Shown here piece after piece: positions 14,001-25,400 of a stretch of DNA of 64,000 bases. The DNA is from Tubulanus polymorphus (taxonomy: Eukaryota > Animalia > Nemertea). Made by a program: the position numbers and the translations under genes. The DNA lies in the NCBI RefSeq assembly GCF_964204645.1, contig NC_134028.1:6572001-6636000 (forward strand). Direction: 5' to 3'. The notes below the pieces were generated by a model that was given only the letters and a program-made list of their open reading frames with translations, was not told the DNA's origin and searched no databases. The first letter of the stretch is position 1, and the number at the start of each line of letters is the position of its first letter.

Positions 14001-17000
14001 TTTTATTTCAGTATCTCTTGAATTGGCCGGGAAATTCATCCAAAACGCTAAAACTTTTGAAAGTGTTCTCGGGGAGAACCCACAAAATACCTGCGGCGCT
14101 CGCAAATGAGTTCCACCTAAGCTATATTCACAGCCCCTTCTCAAAATAGTGACTGCATACCGGCCTGAACTAAGAACATATATTGATAAATCGTTTTCTA
14201 ATCGCCCAATAAACAACGCATCCTTTTGAATACAGAATGCTTCATATCAGAATAAGCATTTAACAGACAAAAATGAGTGGACGTGAACTGGAATTCATTA
14301 AGCGACTCGAATCTCATGGCTCTAAACGATGAATAATCAGTTTAACGGAACAGCGATCGTTTTACAGTCCCAAAGAAACGGAGAGTTCTATGAGATTTTT
14401 TCTAGATCAAGCGGCACCGGGCAACTGGTCATAAGTAAAGCGTGCTGATGTGCTCTCCCTGTAGGGGACACAAGCCGACAGGCTTTTAGTAGCAGGAATC
14501 TATTCTATCTATTTATTGTTAATTAATGATTATCGAATCCACTTGGGATCAAAATAATGTGGTTCGGCTTCTGAATAGGCGGTACGGTCGTGGGCGGTCT
14601 CAGAAAAGGTCGCGCAGAATCCATCCGGCTAATTCTAGGAACCACGTCTGCAAAAATGTTTACTGGTGGTTTGCCGTGGGGCCACCCGGCGGTTAGCCAT
14701 AACGTAGATTCCATTACAGCGCTTCTTAAAATCATGGTAAATCATGTTTGCAGAACGTAGTAACTCACTTGTCAACTGACTATATGTGCAACCGGCCTTT
14801 TGAATATCATAATATCAACTTTCATAAAAAGTGAACCTAGTAAATCTCCAAATAAAGGCATTATGACATGCTCCCTCGCAGTGATAAAATGCGGTAAGGC
14901 AGTGTTATATAGATGCATTGATAAAAATGCTGCGGATCATCTACGGTATCTTAAAAATTCGTTCTTCCATATTTTCTCCACGTTGGGGATGATTTTTACA
15001 AAATGCGAAAATGGCCATTGAGACACTCAATCTAGCTGAGGAGGCTTTTAGAAGAATTCAATGAACAAAGTCGAATGCGCTGCAAGAATTATCGTACCGT
15101 TACTCGCCAACGGCGGAAAAACTTTTGACTATTTTGAATCATAGAAGTGTAAGCGAACCTTCTATGTTTGAATTCATCCCCTTTAAGCGTGTGATTATGT
15201 CATCATCAGCGCCATCTGCATGGGTGTCAGATGAACTACGCGATGGGAAAATTCCTTTGAAATTACACTTTTCAATCGTTTATATTTCAGTAATCTATCA
15301 ATCACAGCTAAAATTTCTCAAGAATGATCATTATGTGTTTATCTAACATTACCTATTGTTAAAAACAAAAACTATTATGGTCTACACTTGATCTTAAACG
15401 GTGGGATAGGTTCAAAATATAAACCGACAGTGGAGTAAGTTTAATGATTAATTAGAACATCGATTGAATTCTGCGCATCCGTCCATCTGTTAATAGCGAT
15501 TGAGTCACTTCCTTTCGGTAATCAGGAACAGATTCTGCGAAAGACGGACATAAAGATCAACGTATGATGAAGACCATCATTTTTACTAAAAGAGGTATTA
15601 TATTCGGTGGTATAGATTTCTCATATTGTGACTGTGACGAACTATATACACTGTATATAAGTATGATACTGGGATTAATGAACTTTCTCTTAGCCGGTTC
15701 TGAGGAGACTTTGTTTCTGTCTCCTATCCGGAGATTACATACGCATCATCTCCGGTATCTTAAAAACTCGTTCTTCCATATTTTCTCCACACGGGGGTAA
15801 GGGGGCTTTATAAACGAGAAGTTGGCGAGTAACCGTTAAAACCCTATCAAAGACTAGACACTGTATTGAAAATGTCGTATTATCGTAATCCAGAATCACG
15901 TCTAGGAAATATTCTCCGTGTCAATTAGCCACGTATTATCATCGCTTTCAAGCAATGATAAAAAGGTCCATCGTGGCTCGGGGCTCGGTCGCACCATCCA
16001 ACCATATGCCGATGTCCATCCTAACGGGAGGAAAGTTTCTTTTGTGTCGTGATGGAGAAGTCGCGCCCGGAGACCTTTGGCGGCTGCCATCCCCGTGAAG
16101 GTCATTAAGAGGTCACACAGCTTACCGATTGATAAATCGGTTTTTACTCTATTCACGATGGATGAACACAGTGGTTTTAACAGCAGTGATTAGTCTTAAA
16201 GGAACGGTGCACCTGTGGATGGTTTATACGTTTCACTCTACGGAAAACGGATTACTGGTTTTGATGCATTACGTTGATGAAAAGCGACGTTGTTTTAAAG
16301 CGAATAACGCTATAACGTCGGATGATAACGCTGACGGAAAAAAAACTGTCGGAACTTTGGTTCGTCGGAGAGCGAACTGCATTAATAACATCGTAAGACA
16401 TATCACAAAGATCTTTAAAACCCCCATTACTTCAGCATCTATTTATCAGAACCAAAACGAGAAAATTGACTTTTGATCAGTATCTGATACATGGTAGTTG
16501 CATTTTAATTGGTGCGATGTTCATATCGCATCTTCGAGTTGCCGTTCTTCGATGTGCGATATATACCTGCGATCTTCGTAACCAAGACGCTGAAAGAATT
16601 CCTAAACACTTCTAAGATCAAATTCGATAATCGCGCTATTCGAAGAAATTTAAAGAAAATTCTTTTTTTGACCTGAGGTAAAGCCAGGAACGACTTTTTT
16701 ACGTTAGACGATTCCCCACACGTCAAACCCGTGACACATCGCTATTTGCACCCGATGGCAAAATCGTTTGCCCAAGTGTTAGCTGATATCCGCGCAAATT
16801 TCTTTTATAATAAACAAACAGATCGTAGTCTGTTAACACAACTTATGCAAAACAGTAAACAGAGTCTCGATCGGGAATAATCGAAATACATTTTGCGCAT
16901 CGCAAAAATTTCTTTCTCAGAAAAATACATGAAGATGTTGTGAATGCAATTTCGTCGAAACGTAAAATATCAACGTCTCCTCCATTTTAGAGTTCGGGCA

Positions 17001-18745
17001 AAATACTGAATACAAATCCGAATTAATCTCCGAACGAAGAGCCGAGTATATGCAGTGGCTAATTGGTAGTTTCTGCAGGAGACACTTTGACCTCGGTATT
17101 GCATATCTGTAGACTCGATGGCGCTGTTGGCAACCCGACACTTCGACACCGTCAATTGGTTCATTTGACAACGTTTCGTTCCAACATATGCTGGCTGGTG
17201 CCTGATTAGCCAATGATGGCTGATTCGGAGCAAGTAAAACAAAATCCAACGTCCAACAGATCGCAATTCTATCAACAAACTTGGATTCATTTGGAATAGC
17301 CCAGGTGGGATGAAATGTCGATACAGAATACTATAGTTTATATCACCGTATAACGCCGACCTAACGATCGTTAAAACGAATTTTTAAGGTTAAGCTGAAA
17401 AATTGTAATTTGCGGGATTATCATACATGGCCCGGGTCAGCCACCATACTATCCGGATGATAATAAACATTGAAAAAATACCCCCGGGACCCGCGATGGT
17501 AATAAAATAAAACAGGGATCAATACGTGCAGGCTATTTACCTATTTTCATAATTTTAAAACTCATCAGTGAAGCGCTGTTATTAATTCAGAAAGTATATA
17601 TTCATATAAATATTCTGAATATGACTGGGATAGGAAAATAACTTAAAGTACAGATAGTCACAGATATTATAAAAAAAATGTTTTTTAAAACTTTTTATCA
17701 TTTTGATTTTTACAACATCGGAATGCTTTTCAAGCTTATACTATAGAAATAGCGAGACGCGTTTTCTTCCGACCACTTTTCCGACCGTGCCACGCTACCG
17801 ATTGACTAAAGCAGAATAAATCATCCGTGGCAGTCGCGTTGATGGCGATCGGATGGAGACGCAATACGAAAGATATCGGTTATAGCTCGATAATTATCTA
17901 GAAAGGGTCTGCGCAGCGGCGTATTTCAATGTGGTGATGTAACAAACGTATTTATATATTTTTTTCACATTTATATTTGGCTTGTGCTTTAATTCGAGAG
18001 CGCGTTCACACACACAAACAAACCACTCACTCGAAACTAAGCGATGCTTAAACAAAGTGAAGTGAGTCACTCCGGAACCAGTTGCAATTCACACGCAATC
18101 ATTTGACCCGTGCTAAAATCTGGCTAGGGCTTGGTCCGACGTTTTTGGCTGCGCCACACAAGCCCATTTGGCACCCGTGTGAGCAGTTTCCGGGCAAAAA
18201 GTGCTCGTGTGATCGCGGTTTAGTTTTTCTCCTCCGAAGTTTATAGATTTGAATGCGCAAAGAAAAATCTAGGGAAAACACACGTACGTATACTAGAATA
18301 TAAGCAATAGTTAATACTTACTCTGAGCGAAGCTGTTGAAACGACAGAAGAACGATCCTAAACCCCAAATCGGAGTTAGATCGTCCACCAATTTAACCCA
18401 CGTGCAACACAACGTTATCAAAAGATCGGCGACCGCCAAATTCACGATATAGAAATTCGTCGTCGTTCGCATCCGTTTGTTGCGCATCACCACGAATACC
18501 ACCATGAAATTGCCCACAAGTGACACCAACATGATAACCGCGGTGAAAAATATCTTCAACGCCGCCTTCCACGGGGGCACAGTTTTAATGTCGCCAAACG
18601 ATATATTGGCGTAGAAGTATTCGCCCTCGAAATCAGCACTATTCGTATCGTTCTGCTGACTAATTTCATATAGTTGATCGGCTTTTGGTGAGATGCCGAT
18701 CATATCTCCGGCGTACAACGGCGACACAGTTGATAGAAGATCCAT
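2040..18745 (-). CDS. Class A (rhodopsin-like) neuropeptide GPCR, tachykinin/QRFP/RYamide-receptor-like; 3' partial
   Basis: Phase-consistent GT-AG exons: 18745-18322 (ATG, N-glycosylation sequons, TM1 GN, TM2 NLAVADL, ECL1 WxLGxFFC), 3537-3107 (TM3 DRF, TM4, TM5), 2504-2406 (TM6 CWLPLQ), 2151-2040 (TM7 SNSALNPIIYAGFNENFRK). About 355 aa so far. The last C-terminal exon is unresolved or lies left of the window. Confidence 0.93.
3608..4023. mobile_element. Palindromic non-autonomous element with a second MITE nested in its left arm
   Basis: The outer arms cctcccgccgaagcgcatgcccacacaaaccct and agggtttgtgttggcgtgagcttcagcggaagg pair, as do the inner arms at about 3830-3876 and 3900-3945. Confidence 0.65.
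3642..3798. mobile_element. Palindromic MITE with GGCC termini and CTG target duplication (PIF/Harbinger-like)
   Basis: ggcc..ttcggtt..tagtcgacta..tggtcg..aacta pairs with tagttcgaccatagtcgacta..aaccgaa..ggcc. CTG on both sides. Confidence 0.65.
4379..4430. repeat. 12-bp minisatellite (tgaccttcaatg-like, about 4 copies)
   Basis: atgactttcaat atgaacttcaat gtgaccttcaat gtgaccttcttt gtga. Confidence 0.7.
11315..11372. repeat. 29-bp perfect tandem duplication
   Basis: atcctatttcctagattgtaaatacatat occurs twice in tandem. Confidence 0.9.
11630..11767. mobile_element. Palindromic MITE (PIF/Harbinger-like, CWG flanks)
   Basis: TIRs gggccagttgcacagtcgtgactta / taagccatgactatgcaaccggccc, internal ggtcttaa repeats, flanks CTG...CAG. 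Confidence 0.7.
13777..13943. mobile_element. Tc1/pogo-type MITE with TA target duplication
   Basis: TA|cagtcaagccccaatataccg ... cggtatatcgggggttgaatg|TA, with internal ggcggta subrepeats. Confidence 0.7.
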
Positions 18746-19311
18746 TCTGGTCAAAGATCACAAATAGATTACATGATCCATATTTGTTTTCGTAAATATA
18801 TTGTTTTCGTAAATATTGTCTGCTAAGTTTAACACGGGATAGTTGTTTGTGACACCTTTACGACAGTATATTCACCAGGTGCGGCGACGTCGCGTCCGTT
18901 CGGCTCCCATATCCACGATGAAATCTACAAAGTACGAAATATCCGATATCATTAATGAACTGCGATACTCGGCACGATTTGAAGTGACACTTTATTTTAT
19001 GGATAGGAATTGTGTATGCCGTTCGCAATCAAGCGTTCATTGCTCAATTCACTTTCTCTAAAAATCAATCAAATAATTTAAAAAAACAACATTTTGCAAC
19101 AACACCGAGTTGAAATGACATAATGCATTCTTAAGCCCTGGGCCGATATAACGTCTTCCTATCTTGACTAGTTTTAGACAAGAATTGCATAACTGGCAAC
19201 GATTACCAGGTTAACATTGCCGCTTTCTTCAAATCGAATTAACACTGATCTGTTTGTAACAGCGATGGCAGATTTTTAAGAAATTTAGCGTTGCATTATA
19301 TGAAAATATTG

Positions 19312-19423
19312 ATAGCAAAGAAGCCAAGGTCAACATCTTGATTTTAACAGTTTATTTACGCGACATGTTTCGGCTGTGTCACAAACCGTTAAAATCAAGA
19401 TGTTGGCCTTTACTTTTTGCTAT
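19312..19423. mobile_element. Inverted-repeat Penelope-like remnant with the 3' half of a hammerhead
   Basis: About 40-bp inverted arms (tagcaaa...aaggtcaacatcttgattttaac / gttaaaatcaagatgttggcct...tttgcta). The loop reads CAGCC-GAAAC-AT-GTC on the minus strand. AAATATTGATA is repeated at 19304-19314 and 19434-19444. Confidence 0.55.
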
Positions 19424-19595
19424 GTTTACTGGGAAATATTGATAATTGATATGAATTTGAAAGATCTTTCTTTCGTCAATAAAGTAGTAGTATAGGATAA
19501 GTTTTTTACTCCTCACAGTTATACAAGTTGGTCTGGATCTGGTGGGAAACATAACTTTTTACAAAAAAATGTAGCAGTCTACTAAAGACGGATGG

Positions 19596-19853
19596 CAGGG
19601 GCGGATCTAGGCGTTGGTCTCAGGGTCCGGACCCTGCCTTATATACCATCGAGGTTGCCCTTTTCGTCAGACAGAGATCGTGGAAACCTATGAATTTTAC
19701 ACTCATCCTTTCGAAAGTTGCATTTTTCTTTAAAAATATCGAATACCAATGATGGAACACCACTAATGGCCATTTGTATGGCTGCTTTAACCAAAGAAAT
19801 GACTTTTCTTTTCTTCTTGAGCCCGGCCTACCAATTTTCCCAGATCTGTCCAA
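19596..19853. mobile_element. Degenerate CAGGGGCGGATC-terminal non-autonomous DNA transposon (related copies at about 2826-3048, 6700-6965, 35454-35708)
   Basis: Shared left end cag(g/t)ggcggatc(c/t)agg and a decayed inverted right end 220-260 bp downstream. Confidence 0.45.
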
Positions 19854-21289
19854 GTTATAGAATGAAGATTCAATTTTAGATAGATAGGGTTCGATGGCCC
19901 TGAAAAGGAACTTTCTACGTTTAACTATTTTAGTGCATCCTAATTTTTCATATTAATTTTGGTAGTTGTTCCTTGGCAGACGAATTCGTGAACGGATAGG
20001 TTGTCCGTATGATAGTCAGACAAAATGTTCCTGATTTCTAGGAGAATATATTAAGTTGTTGGTATAATGCAATATATAACTTCCCCGACATGATAACCAT
20101 GTTGTATATACCATCTGTATATTCATCTTATTTTCGTATTCCTATACATACAAATTTACCGATATTCATTGGTTTAGATCTGATTGCTAGACCTCCCAAT
20201 TCTTGGAGTTAAGTTGTCTTCAAGTGGTGTAGATACACATTCTTGACTGGGACTCCTTCGTTTGCAGGCCGAGTGCTGTGCATTCTTAAGGGCCTCAAAT
20301 TCTGTTTCATGAATCTTGCAAATAGCGCAAGAACATATAAAGGCCCTTGATGAAGAAGCGTGCTTCTTGTGTAAGGGGAAGAATATATATTTCTTCATGA
20401 AATGCAGATTTGCGATACTACATTCAGTTACTCGTCGAAGATGTACACTACACAGACCGAATTTATCAGATGCAAAATAATGCAATCAAGGCTAATCATA
20501 ATTCAACTTGTTGCGATCAAATTCTTTTAATATTCAAACTCCGTTTGTTGGCAAGTCGAGTGCAAGTCTAAATTGCTAATTGTGATAACGAATAGAAAAT
20601 GAAACCATCCGTTTGTCGGGATAAAACAATGTTATTTGAGATTTGCAAGAATTAAAAATTGTATTCTGGTTTTTGGCGTCGGGAATACGCTGAAACCACG
20701 TAAACATATGAAGAGTCTTTTGATACCGAGTCTCTTCGAAAGCAAAAGGCTTTTTATTTCCGTTTTTTGCCCAGTCTGAATAAGTAGAGCACCGAATATA
20801 AGGGTATGCATTGATTGGTCGGTGCTGACTGGATTGTGAGACTCTGGGGGATTGCGACATCGCTAGAATCAGCCGTTATAGATTACAGGGGCAGGGTGTG
20901 AGATGATTGTGGCACTCTGTGACCCAAAGCTTCAATTATAGACGGTCACTTATTCGCAATGACCGCGATCTTCTCAGATTCTGTGGCTAAATCATCGCGA
21001 AGGGTAGTACACTGCAGAAACATTTAAATATTAACAAGTTTATATAAACAGTGCCTTTGAAATATTGCGAATCAGTGAAGTATTCCATTGAGAAAGTTTT
21101 TCTTACGTTCACTGAACAAATAAGGCCATCAATGTTGTGTCTATATGGTCAAGAAGTCGACGGTACTAAACCAAATATACAGTCAATGAATTTCGAAGGA
21201 TATCAGACAAGTATTGCTTTTAGAAACGTGTTTTCCGTGGGTGTTGAAATCAAATACCCTGAAGACGAAACTCCTTTAAAGTGACTTAC

Positions 21290-21660
21290 CTCACGTTCGA
21301 CTTCGATGCATGTTACATTCTAATTATGGCTCCGGTCAAATTTATGATTCGTCGGCCGGTCGGCAGATAATCCGATTTCTGAAATATCTTTCAAACTCTC
21401 TGATAAAGGTCTTATTCTGAACGCCTGGCGACGGTCGGCGTTTGCGAGTTCAAACTATCGTGATTACCACGCGAACGACGTCAGGTTAACATCGTAAAAC
21501 AAACGAGCTGATTGGCCGATTTCCCTTCGATGTCGACTGCGATCGAATGAAGTAATTTCCGTAGTACCGCTCAAGAAGTAATCGCCGATAAAGCTGCCGC
21601 TACCGCGCGCGCGAGTTAGCGCAGTGCGTCCCGAGGAGCGAGCAGGTGCGGGATTCATAA
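21290..21660 (-). promoter_or_regulatory. Probable non-coding first exon and promoter of the GPCR
   Basis: Consensus minus-strand donor GAG|gtaagt at 21290/21289. CpG-rich block upstream. A matching acceptor (tttcgtactttgtag) at 18925 opens the ATG-containing exon. The upper boundary is approximate. Confidence 0.45.
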
Positions 21661-22218
21661 AACTTTCACCGAGCCGACGAAAGAAACATACAAGCAGGAA
21701 GGATCGCCGATGCTTTAGCCGTCTATTCGGCGATCAGCAAACATGAAATATGATGTTGGTAACCATCGAATGCCCTCTAGACTCATTTTCATTAGACTGT
21801 AAATCAATCCGCTCTCATCTATGAGTGTTTGCAATTCGTGGACTATTTAGGATCGCACTGGTGACCGTATTTGCCACAACATCTCCGAATAGCTTCGCAT
21901 GGATATAATTAATATTTACAATGATTATCGGACTGACGAAATCTAAACACGGCGATGAGTTGTCTTCGTCGGCATACGACGTCGACGCGAGTTCTTGTAT
22001 GATCGTAATCGATGACTTGTTAACGTTACTGCCAAACACCTGGTGTCGAGTGGCAATTTTAGAATTTCGCCGATGCAAATGAGCAAATAAATGTGAATTG
22101 GGCTAATTAGAGCATTTAATTTCGTATTGACTTACCGGGTTCATCTCTACGTACCGGGTTCATCTCTATAAGTTTTGAATGTTTATTTCGCTCAGAATAT
22201 CTCCATAAAGCCTGTTAA

Positions 22219-22456
22219 AGCCATACGACTCAGGGAAACGCAGAAACAATCAAGCATGTTTGATCTCGGAAACAATGTTTCCCGAAACCATGATTCTTGT
22301 TTCCCAGAAACAAGGGTCGAAACATGTTTCCGGGCGTTTCCTTGGGTGTTGTTTATTACGGGAAACGAGAATCATTGGTTCGGGAAACAATGTTTCCGAG
22401 ATCAAACATGTTTGATTTAGTCTTTCAGTCTTTCCCTGATTCGTGTGCGTTAGGCT
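22219..22456. mobile_element. Palindromic Tourist/Harbinger-like MITE (TAA flanks), copy 1
   Basis: Long internal palindrome (aatcaagcatgtttgatctcggaaacaatgtttcccgaa / ttcgggaaacaatgtttccgagatcaaacatgtttgatt). Ends agcc...ggct with TAA flanks. Confidence 0.7.
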
Positions 22457-25400
22457 TAATTGACATTTTTTCCGGGGAAAGTTGGGATTTACAAGTGAGC
22501 GAGAGAGCATTTTTATGGTTGTAAGTTGAAATTTGAAGAAAAACGATAAATGAAAATGAACGAATATTGACAGCAAACTGAAATAACTCAGAACTAGAAC
22601 AAATAAAATCGATCCAAAGAAATCCTGCGACTTCGTACCGCATTACCGCTGTACCCTAGAAAGTAGAATTCGCTATAGTGAACTTTATTGTTTTTACCAC
22701 TTGACTCTTAATGAAGGACGGGTCATTTAATACAGCTGTCGCGAGCGATTTGCTACCGACTACTGTCGAGGTAATTACTATAACTATTACAGCGACCGCG
22801 CAATAAATCAAACCGACCCGGTCGTTTATGGGACGCTGGGTGTATAACAGAAGCTCCGTAATGATTGTTTCTCGTCGAAACGACTTTCACGCCACCGAAG
22901 GCTCGCTTCGATTTCTATCGATCAAAATGTCTCAAACTTCATCCGTATCAAACATGAATCAATTTTCAATATCCGGTGAATTGGTGCGCACTATTCACGC
23001 GCGTTTTAACTGTGCGTACTTTCAAATAGTTCGAATTATTTCATATCTGATTAATGATCGCATGTCAAATCTTTACTTCATTGAAGAATTTCAGTCTGTT
23101 ACAAGTAATTTGAACATTTTTGACGCCGTAAAAACCGTTACAATAATGTTTATATACATTGACACCTAGTATGCGTCATGTGTACGCTTGTATCAGATCG
23201 GAGAATCCGTTTGCCTCCAATCGTACTCTATTATTGGTCATATATATTAGTGGTGTGATTTGGATTTTGAGTGGAGCCAACCGGAGATTTCGGATGGAGA
23301 CTTCGGAGGTCATAAAGGAGTACGCCCTAGTGGTCTGTGTAAGTCGATGTGCGCTACGTCATCATTATTTGCGTTTCCAAATAACAATAGGATTTTGGCG
23401 TTTATTTTATGCGGTAATTGAATATATTTCATGACTCATTTTATTTTTGATGAATTACAATGATTATGCACAACGTCATCAATATATCGGGCCTAGACTG
23501 ATTGCCGGTCAAGTCAATATTCAAATCCGAAATAACTTATTAATATGATGCATGTATTATCTATTGTTGACAATATTAAGCGATATATCTTTCAAGGCAT
23601 CAATAAACTTTAAGTTGAGTTTTCTTGTCTCAACTATAAGAGTCTTCTCGAATGTTGTTGTGTTCAATGGAGGAAAGGGATTTCCCTGAATGTATACAAT
23701 CTTCGATGAATCGTCATTCAAATTACAAAACAGTGACATCAATGGATTTTCTTTTCAAATTTCGTTCTTTGCTTTCGACCAAAAACCGCCTCGCTTTCGC
23801 CGACTCCGCCACGCCTGTCAGTCAGGTCATCTGGACTATTAGCAGCAAGTGGACCCTGGATATCTATCCATACTTTGCATTCTGACGTCACCTCGCCCGT
23901 CATAAATCCTAGTAAAGATGAGAGGGATATTCTGTGCATCATATTCCTACGACGAGCGTGTGTCTATAGGCGGATGATAGTTGCTTTTGTTGATGGCTTA
24001 ACGATTCCGCATAAAGCCAACTAGTCGACTATTAAAGCATCTATTTCCGTTTTGCCATATGCTACTGTTGACGTTACGAGATCTTTTTATATCAGTTTTT
24101 TCTTAACCGAGCGGTGATCACGTTTGACGATGGCCGAAATGCTCACCTGCCGCAGAATGCTTTTTTGTCAATACGGATGCCGCAGACGTTTGTTCCTTTC
24201 ATTCTCTTTGGTCGATAGTCTTACTCGACGTTCTTTTCTTTCGCTATTTTTCTTCTATGGTGTTATATCGTTTTGATTCGGCAGCGATATCAGCGCCATT
24301 GTTGATACCGTCTAAATCTCCGATAAAAATGGTGAGCCTTTTGGCTATAATTATGAACACACTATCAACAAAAATGAATTCATAGTTCCACCGGGATTAT
24401 TTGAAATTTATCTGTAATCTATAAAAATGTCGCAGGCTCGGGGTTGATTCGATTAGTTTCCAACGAACCGCGGTAAATATCAATTATTAGATATGGGACC
24501 GAGATAGGAGAAGTATGATAACGACCTATTCCTAATGAAAGTAGATTCAGCGACGGCGAATAGCTTTCGGAAAATTCTCGCGCTCAACAGAAAGTTTACG
24601 AGTCGACGATTACCGAGCCGTGTGAGAACACCATGATTTAAAACAGGCGATAAATATTCTCTGCTTTTTTCTCTCTGTACGGCTCTCCCTGAAGAATTTG
24701 AGGAATTTACTACAGAAAGCAGACGAACCAGGCCCTATGCGTAAAATACAAGTGGACATCACTCACTGATTTACGGTTTCTGAGCGATATGCCAGTTTCA
24801 GATCATAACTTCTATCCTTGATGTTGTAGGGTTTGTTGTTAGATTAAAAAATGTTGTCATTGACAAGGCATTCTGGATAATCATCTTGCATGAAACTAAC
24901 CCCTAAAACTAGGAATATCACAAATTGAGAAAAACCGAAACCGGTTAATGTGCTTCTCTACCCAGTTTTAAGCTCTGGGTTAGTTGACCCAATTGAAAAA
25001 TACTTGAATAGATATTAAGAGGTTACATCACAAACTGGTATCCATTAGATCGGTCCGATGAACTTTTTTGGAATAAAGTAATACATGATATAATAACAAA
25101 TGATTTACTATATCGTAATATATAACATATTCGGGTCGCCTAAAAAATGAAACAGCTTCCTTTACCACATAAGTTTCGGACGAGCCCAAATTAGGCGGTT
25201 GCGTTGTTCTTGCGCGTGAGTACGTCGATTTGAAGTTGTATTTTTGTTGCGCGATGCTCGAGTCCAAGTATATATTCATCTGCGATGTCGAAGAGATAAG
25301 AAAAACAAAGTGCATTGAGCATATATGCTCGAGGACCTTCATTCAGTACTCGTTTAAGCAATTCTTGCAAATATCGTAGGTAGATTGCGTGGAAGCTGTG

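Noticed and set aside
24508-24637. Plus-strand frame EKYDNDLFLMKV resembling the protease Asp102 motif
   Set aside because: No His or Ser motif exons nearby and the rest of the frame is not protease-like.
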